A stretch of 61,319 bases of DNA, counting the filler. It is 5 parts of 5 records of this genome, joined end to end, with 100 filler letters (N's around TTAATTAATTAA, not from the genome) between each part and the next. Parts side by side here need not be neighbours in the genome. Positions count along the whole stretch, not along the records: positions 52,526 to 61,319 come from SRR20825019_2864; 4 more parts are not named here. One strand, written 5' to 3'. The notes beneath the pieces were generated by a model that saw nothing but the letters and a program-made list of their open reading frames with translations, was not told the DNA's origin and did no database searches. The position numbers and the translations under genes are program-made. How positions within the stretch are numbered: position 1 is the first letter of the stretch; the number at the start of each line of letters is the position of its first letter. Positions 58,113 to 61,319 of the stretch are shown here, piece after piece.

Positions 58113-58145
58113 AAATAAGGTTACTTTTGTTGCGAAATAAATTTT

Positions 58146-59246
58146 ATGCAAAGAGTAGTTGTCATTCTTTTAGTAGCCCTTTCCGTTGTTTGTAATGCTC
58201 AGGAAAAGCCAAATTCATCCTATGTAGATCTGAGTTATTTCTATGGAAATATTTCTAGACATAATAACGATATTCTACATCTTATTACAGGTCATCCTGA
58301 AGGTTTTATTCTGAGTTGGAATAAAAAAACATATGGAAATAAAGAATGGGAGCAATTGTATAATTATCCAGATTATGGTGTCTCCTTAAGTTTTCAAGAC
58401 TTTAAAAATGAATACATGGGAGATAACCTCGCCATTTATGGGCATTATAATTTTTATTTTTTTAATAGAAATTTGATGTTGAGAATTGGTCAAGGTATTG
58501 CTTTAGCAGGAAAACCATATGATAAAGAAGAGAACTACAGAAATGTAGCTTTTGGTTCAAAAGTACTTAGCAGTACTTATTTAATGCTGAATTATAAAAA
58601 AGAACGCATTTTTAATCGACTTGGAGTGCAGGGGGGATTGTCTCTTATTCATTATTCCAACGGAAATACCAAAGCGCCAAATACTAGTATCAATTCAATT
58701 ACACTAAATATTGGGATTAATTATCAGTTAGAAACAATAGAGCCAGAATACAAAGTAACCGAAGGTTTAACCAATAGATTTAATGAGCCTGTTCGATATA
58801 ATTTTGTGTTTAGAACTGGTGTTAACCAAAGTGATGTTATCGATAGCGGGCAATTTCCTTTCTATATTTTTTCTTTTTATGCTGATAAGCGAATCAATAA
58901 AAAAAGTGCCATACAATTAGGAACCGATGTTTTCTATTCTAATTTTTTAAAGGAATATATAAAATATAGTAGTATTGCCTACCCTGAAAGGGGCTTGGAT
59001 GGAACAGAAGATTATAAACGTGCTGGGATTTTTGTTGGTCACGAATTGTTTATCAATCGGCTTTCCGTGGTTACGCAAGCGGGCTATTACCTGTATTATC
59101 CTATAGATTATGAAGGCAGAATGTATTTGCGTGGCGGTGTAAAAGGATACTTAACTAAAAAGAAAAAGTTGTTTGCAGTGGTTGCAGTTAAAGCCCATGC
59201 AGCACAAGCAGAAGCTGTAGAAGTTGGAATTGGGTATAGGTTATAA
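58146..59246 (+). CDS. Outer-membrane beta-barrel, acyloxyacyl hydrolase/PagL-like deacylase family
   Basis: Signal peptide, HYSNG..PNTSIN motif, C-terminal GIGYRL. Confidence 0.75.
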   Translation: MQRVVVILLVALSVVCNAQEKPNSSYVDLSYFYGNISRHNNDILHLITGHPEGFILSWNKKTYGNKEWEQLYNYPDYGVSLSFQDFKNEYMGDNLAIYGHYNFYFFNRNLMLRIGQGIALAGKPYDKEENYRNVAFGSKVLSSTYLMLNYKKERIFNRLGVQGGLSLIHYSNGNTKAPNTSINSITLNIGINYQLETIEPEYKVTEGLTNRFNEPVRYNFVFRTGVNQSDVIDSGQFPFYIFSFYADKRINKKSAIQLGTDVFYSNFLKEYIKYSSIAYPERGLDGTEDYKRAGIFVGHELFINRLSVVTQAGYYLYYPIDYEGRMYLRGGVKGYLTKKKKLFAVVAVKAHAAQAEAVEVGIGYRL

Positions 59247-59362
59247 TTTTTTAGATGAAACTTTCGTGGAAAGATTCATTAGAACCAAATTAGATACTGT
59301 AAAAAAGGAAATGAATAGATCAAAGATTTTCAAGATAAGGCGTTTAATTTAAATTTATTCGT

Positions 59363-60133
59363 GTGAATAAAAACATACAAAAAAGTATAGCTTTCTTCGG
59401 TATAATTTTCTTGTTAATTTTTACTAGTTGCGATAGTAAAGATGCGAACGATTGTATTCAAGCTTCAGGAACTGTAGTTAAGGAAGAACGACCAGTAACT
59501 CCTTTTTCTAAAATTTTGGTAAATGAAGGCGTTTCCATGATTATCAAACAAGGCGATGTTTATAAAGTAGAAATTGAATCTGGAGAAAACTTATTAAACG
59601 ATATCAAAGTAGAAGTAGTAGACAACCAATTAATCTTAACCGATACTAATGTTTGTAATTATGTTAGAGAGTACGACAATACAAATATTTATGTAACCAC
59701 ACCAACTATTTCTGAAATTAGAAGCGCTACTCAAAGAGAGATTTATTCTGATGGTGTAATTGAAGGAGAAAGATTAGTAGTTTATTCTGAAAATTATCAG
59801 AATAATGAATATCTAACAAGTGCTAATATTTATTTGGATGTAAATGTTACTTCTTTTCAAATAATATTTAATGGTATTTCTAATATTTTCATAGATGGTA
59901 CAGCAACCAATTTGAATGTTAATATGGCATCGGGAAATGGTCGTTTTGAAGGGCGAAATTTTTCCGTAGAAAATGCAACTATTTACCATCGGAGTTCTAA
60001 TGATGTAATTGTAAAAGCATCCAAATCCTTAAAAGGAGATATCTATAGTACAGGAGATGTTATTTCTGTTGGAACACCAGAATCTGTGCAAGTAAATGAA
60101 CATTACAAAGGGAAGCTTATTTATGAAGATTAA
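59363..60133 (+). CDS. DUF2807/GIN-domain lipoprotein
   Basis: Lipobox FTSC; PFSKILV...GENLLNDI beta-helix pattern. Confidence 0.8.
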   Translation: MNKNIQKSIAFFGIIFLLIFTSCDSKDANDCIQASGTVVKEERPVTPFSKILVNEGVSMIIKQGDVYKVEIESGENLLNDIKVEVVDNQLILTDTNVCNYVREYDNTNIYVTTPTISEIRSATQREIYSDGVIEGERLVVYSENYQNNEYLTSANIYLDVNVTSFQIIFNGISNIFIDGTATNLNVNMASGNGRFEGRNFSVENATIYHRSSNDVIVKASKSLKGDIYSTGDVISVGTPESVQVNEHYKGKLIYED

Positions 60134-61082
60134 TCTTAAGATTGTTGTTCTATTGGTTTTTAGTGTTGTAGCCACAGCCCAAAAGGTAACCCATCAAGAA
60201 TTAGAACACTTAATTAAGGAGGGTAAAATCAAGGAATTAAAAGAAATTGTTTCTAGTAATGAAATAAATGTAGGTACAGTTGGTGTTGAAATAGGAGAAG
60301 TGCCGCTATTATTCCCTGCTTGTAGTGGAGGGGATTTAGAGATTATTGAATACTTATTACAACAAGGTGCAAATCCAAATTCAGTTTCAAGATATGGAAT
60401 GCCTGCTAATTGGGCTGCTGAGCGTGGAAATTTAGCGACTATTAATTTATTGTTGGATTATGGTTTTGATCCAAAAAAAGAAACATTAGCATACTGGATG
60501 AAACAATTTAATGAAAAGGATTCGCTCCCTCCATTAATGAAAAAGCTCACTAATTATGTAGCTAAAAATAAACTTCCAATTACAGACCTTCCTTATACAG
60601 CATATACAGATCCAAGTGATCCATTAATACTTACAGCCGCTATTTTTTACGACAGTATAGGAGACTTTACTCTTGCAAAGCGACTCATAACAGCGGGGAC
60701 TAACGTTAATTTATCTGACAAAAAAGGGAAAACTGCTTTGCATAATGCCATAGAGAGCTTTAATATTGATGCGGTTAACTTTTTGATTAAAAATAGAGCC
60801 AACGTCAATAAGCCTATTAAAAGTGAACAAATGTTTGAATTGTTTCACCGTAAAGAATATAATGATAATATAACTCCTTTACATTATGTGTTATATCTGG
60901 CAACTCATAATTCAGAGTCTTATAATACCCATAAAAAACAAGTCTATAAAATAGCAAAATCCCTTGTAAAAGCTGGTGCAAATCCTAATGCAATTACTAT
61001 TTCTGATAGTCTTAGTGTTCTTCAAAAAGCCGATAAGCTAGGCGATCCTACCCTTATTAAAATTATTTCTCGCTCAAAATGA
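60123..61082 (+). CDS. Secreted ankyrin-repeat protein
   Basis: Signal peptide; YLLQQGANPN, GKTALHNA, ITPLHY, KAGANPN. Confidence 0.8.
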   Translation: MKINLKIVVLLVFSVVATAQKVTHQELEHLIKEGKIKELKEIVSSNEINVGTVGVEIGEVPLLFPACSGGDLEIIEYLLQQGANPNSVSRYGMPANWAAERGNLATINLLLDYGFDPKKETLAYWMKQFNEKDSLPPLMKKLTNYVAKNKLPITDLPYTAYTDPSDPLILTAAIFYDSIGDFTLAKRLITAGTNVNLSDKKGKTALHNAIESFNIDAVNFLIKNRANVNKPIKSEQMFELFHRKEYNDNITPLHYVLYLATHNSESYNTHKKQVYKIAKSLVKAGANPNAITISDSLSVLQKADKLGDPTLIKIISRSK

Positions 61083-61295
61083 TTGTTTTTTAGAATTCAG
61101 CTTTGTTTTTAACTTCCTCTAAGGCAATGAACAGTTTTAAAAATAGATTATAGTATCAATTTAGTATTTTATAATCTAAAAAAATCATTTATTGTAAATA
61201 ATTTTCTATATTTAATCTAATTTATGAATCGGAATAATCTATCAAAGTATCAAACTCTTTTTTTAAATCCCTCATTGAGGGGTTTATTGCCCAGA

Positions 61296-61317
61296 GTCTG
61301 TGCTGAGTTTACCGAAG
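61296..61317 (+). repeat. Second REP-like copy
   Basis: GTCTGTGCTGAGTTTACCGAAG resembles 53972-53995. Confidence 0.45.
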
Positions 61318-61319
61318 GG

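Noticed and set aside
1-61319. CRISPR arrays, transposases, integrases
   Set aside because: No repeat-spacer periodicity or recognisable mobile-element proteins seen

Overview
The window is not one genome. It is five contigs joined by artificial N-TTAATTAATTAA-N six-frame-stop linkers. (1) 1-26825: a compact, intron-rich nuclear contig of a flagellated microbial eukaryote, with short GT-AG introns and extremely GC-rich blocks upstream of genes. It encodes a peroxisomal SDR, an ankyrin protein, Moco sulfurase, HPPK-DHPS, a CFAP96-like protein, an RS/RRM protein, a GH15 trehalase-like protein, a UBA protein and uncharacterised genes. (2) 26926-33915: an alphaproteobacterial-type contig (polyamine ABC permease, TetR, YjgN/DUF898 + M48, Lrp + ald, LysE, ilvD). 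(3) 34016-40306: an AT-rich Flavobacteriaceae-type contig (CBS protein, M28 peptidase, epimerase, hicB-hicA-like pair). (4) 40407-52425: a second eukaryotic contig (Sec24, glutamine synthetase III, membrane protein, two unusual tRNA-like genes). (5) 52526-61319: a Flavobacteriaceae-type contig (SAM-I riboswitch, split metH, metF, outer-membrane proteins, ankyrin protein). The most striking observation is a tandem pair of Pol III-type tRNA-shaped genes (50168-50277, 50373-50491, minus strand) whose anticodon arm is replaced by a long, covarying hairpin. Second is an unidentified ~320-nt highly structured element at 9289-9609. All calls are by eye, without database searches; eukaryotic gene boundaries come from manual splice-site reading.
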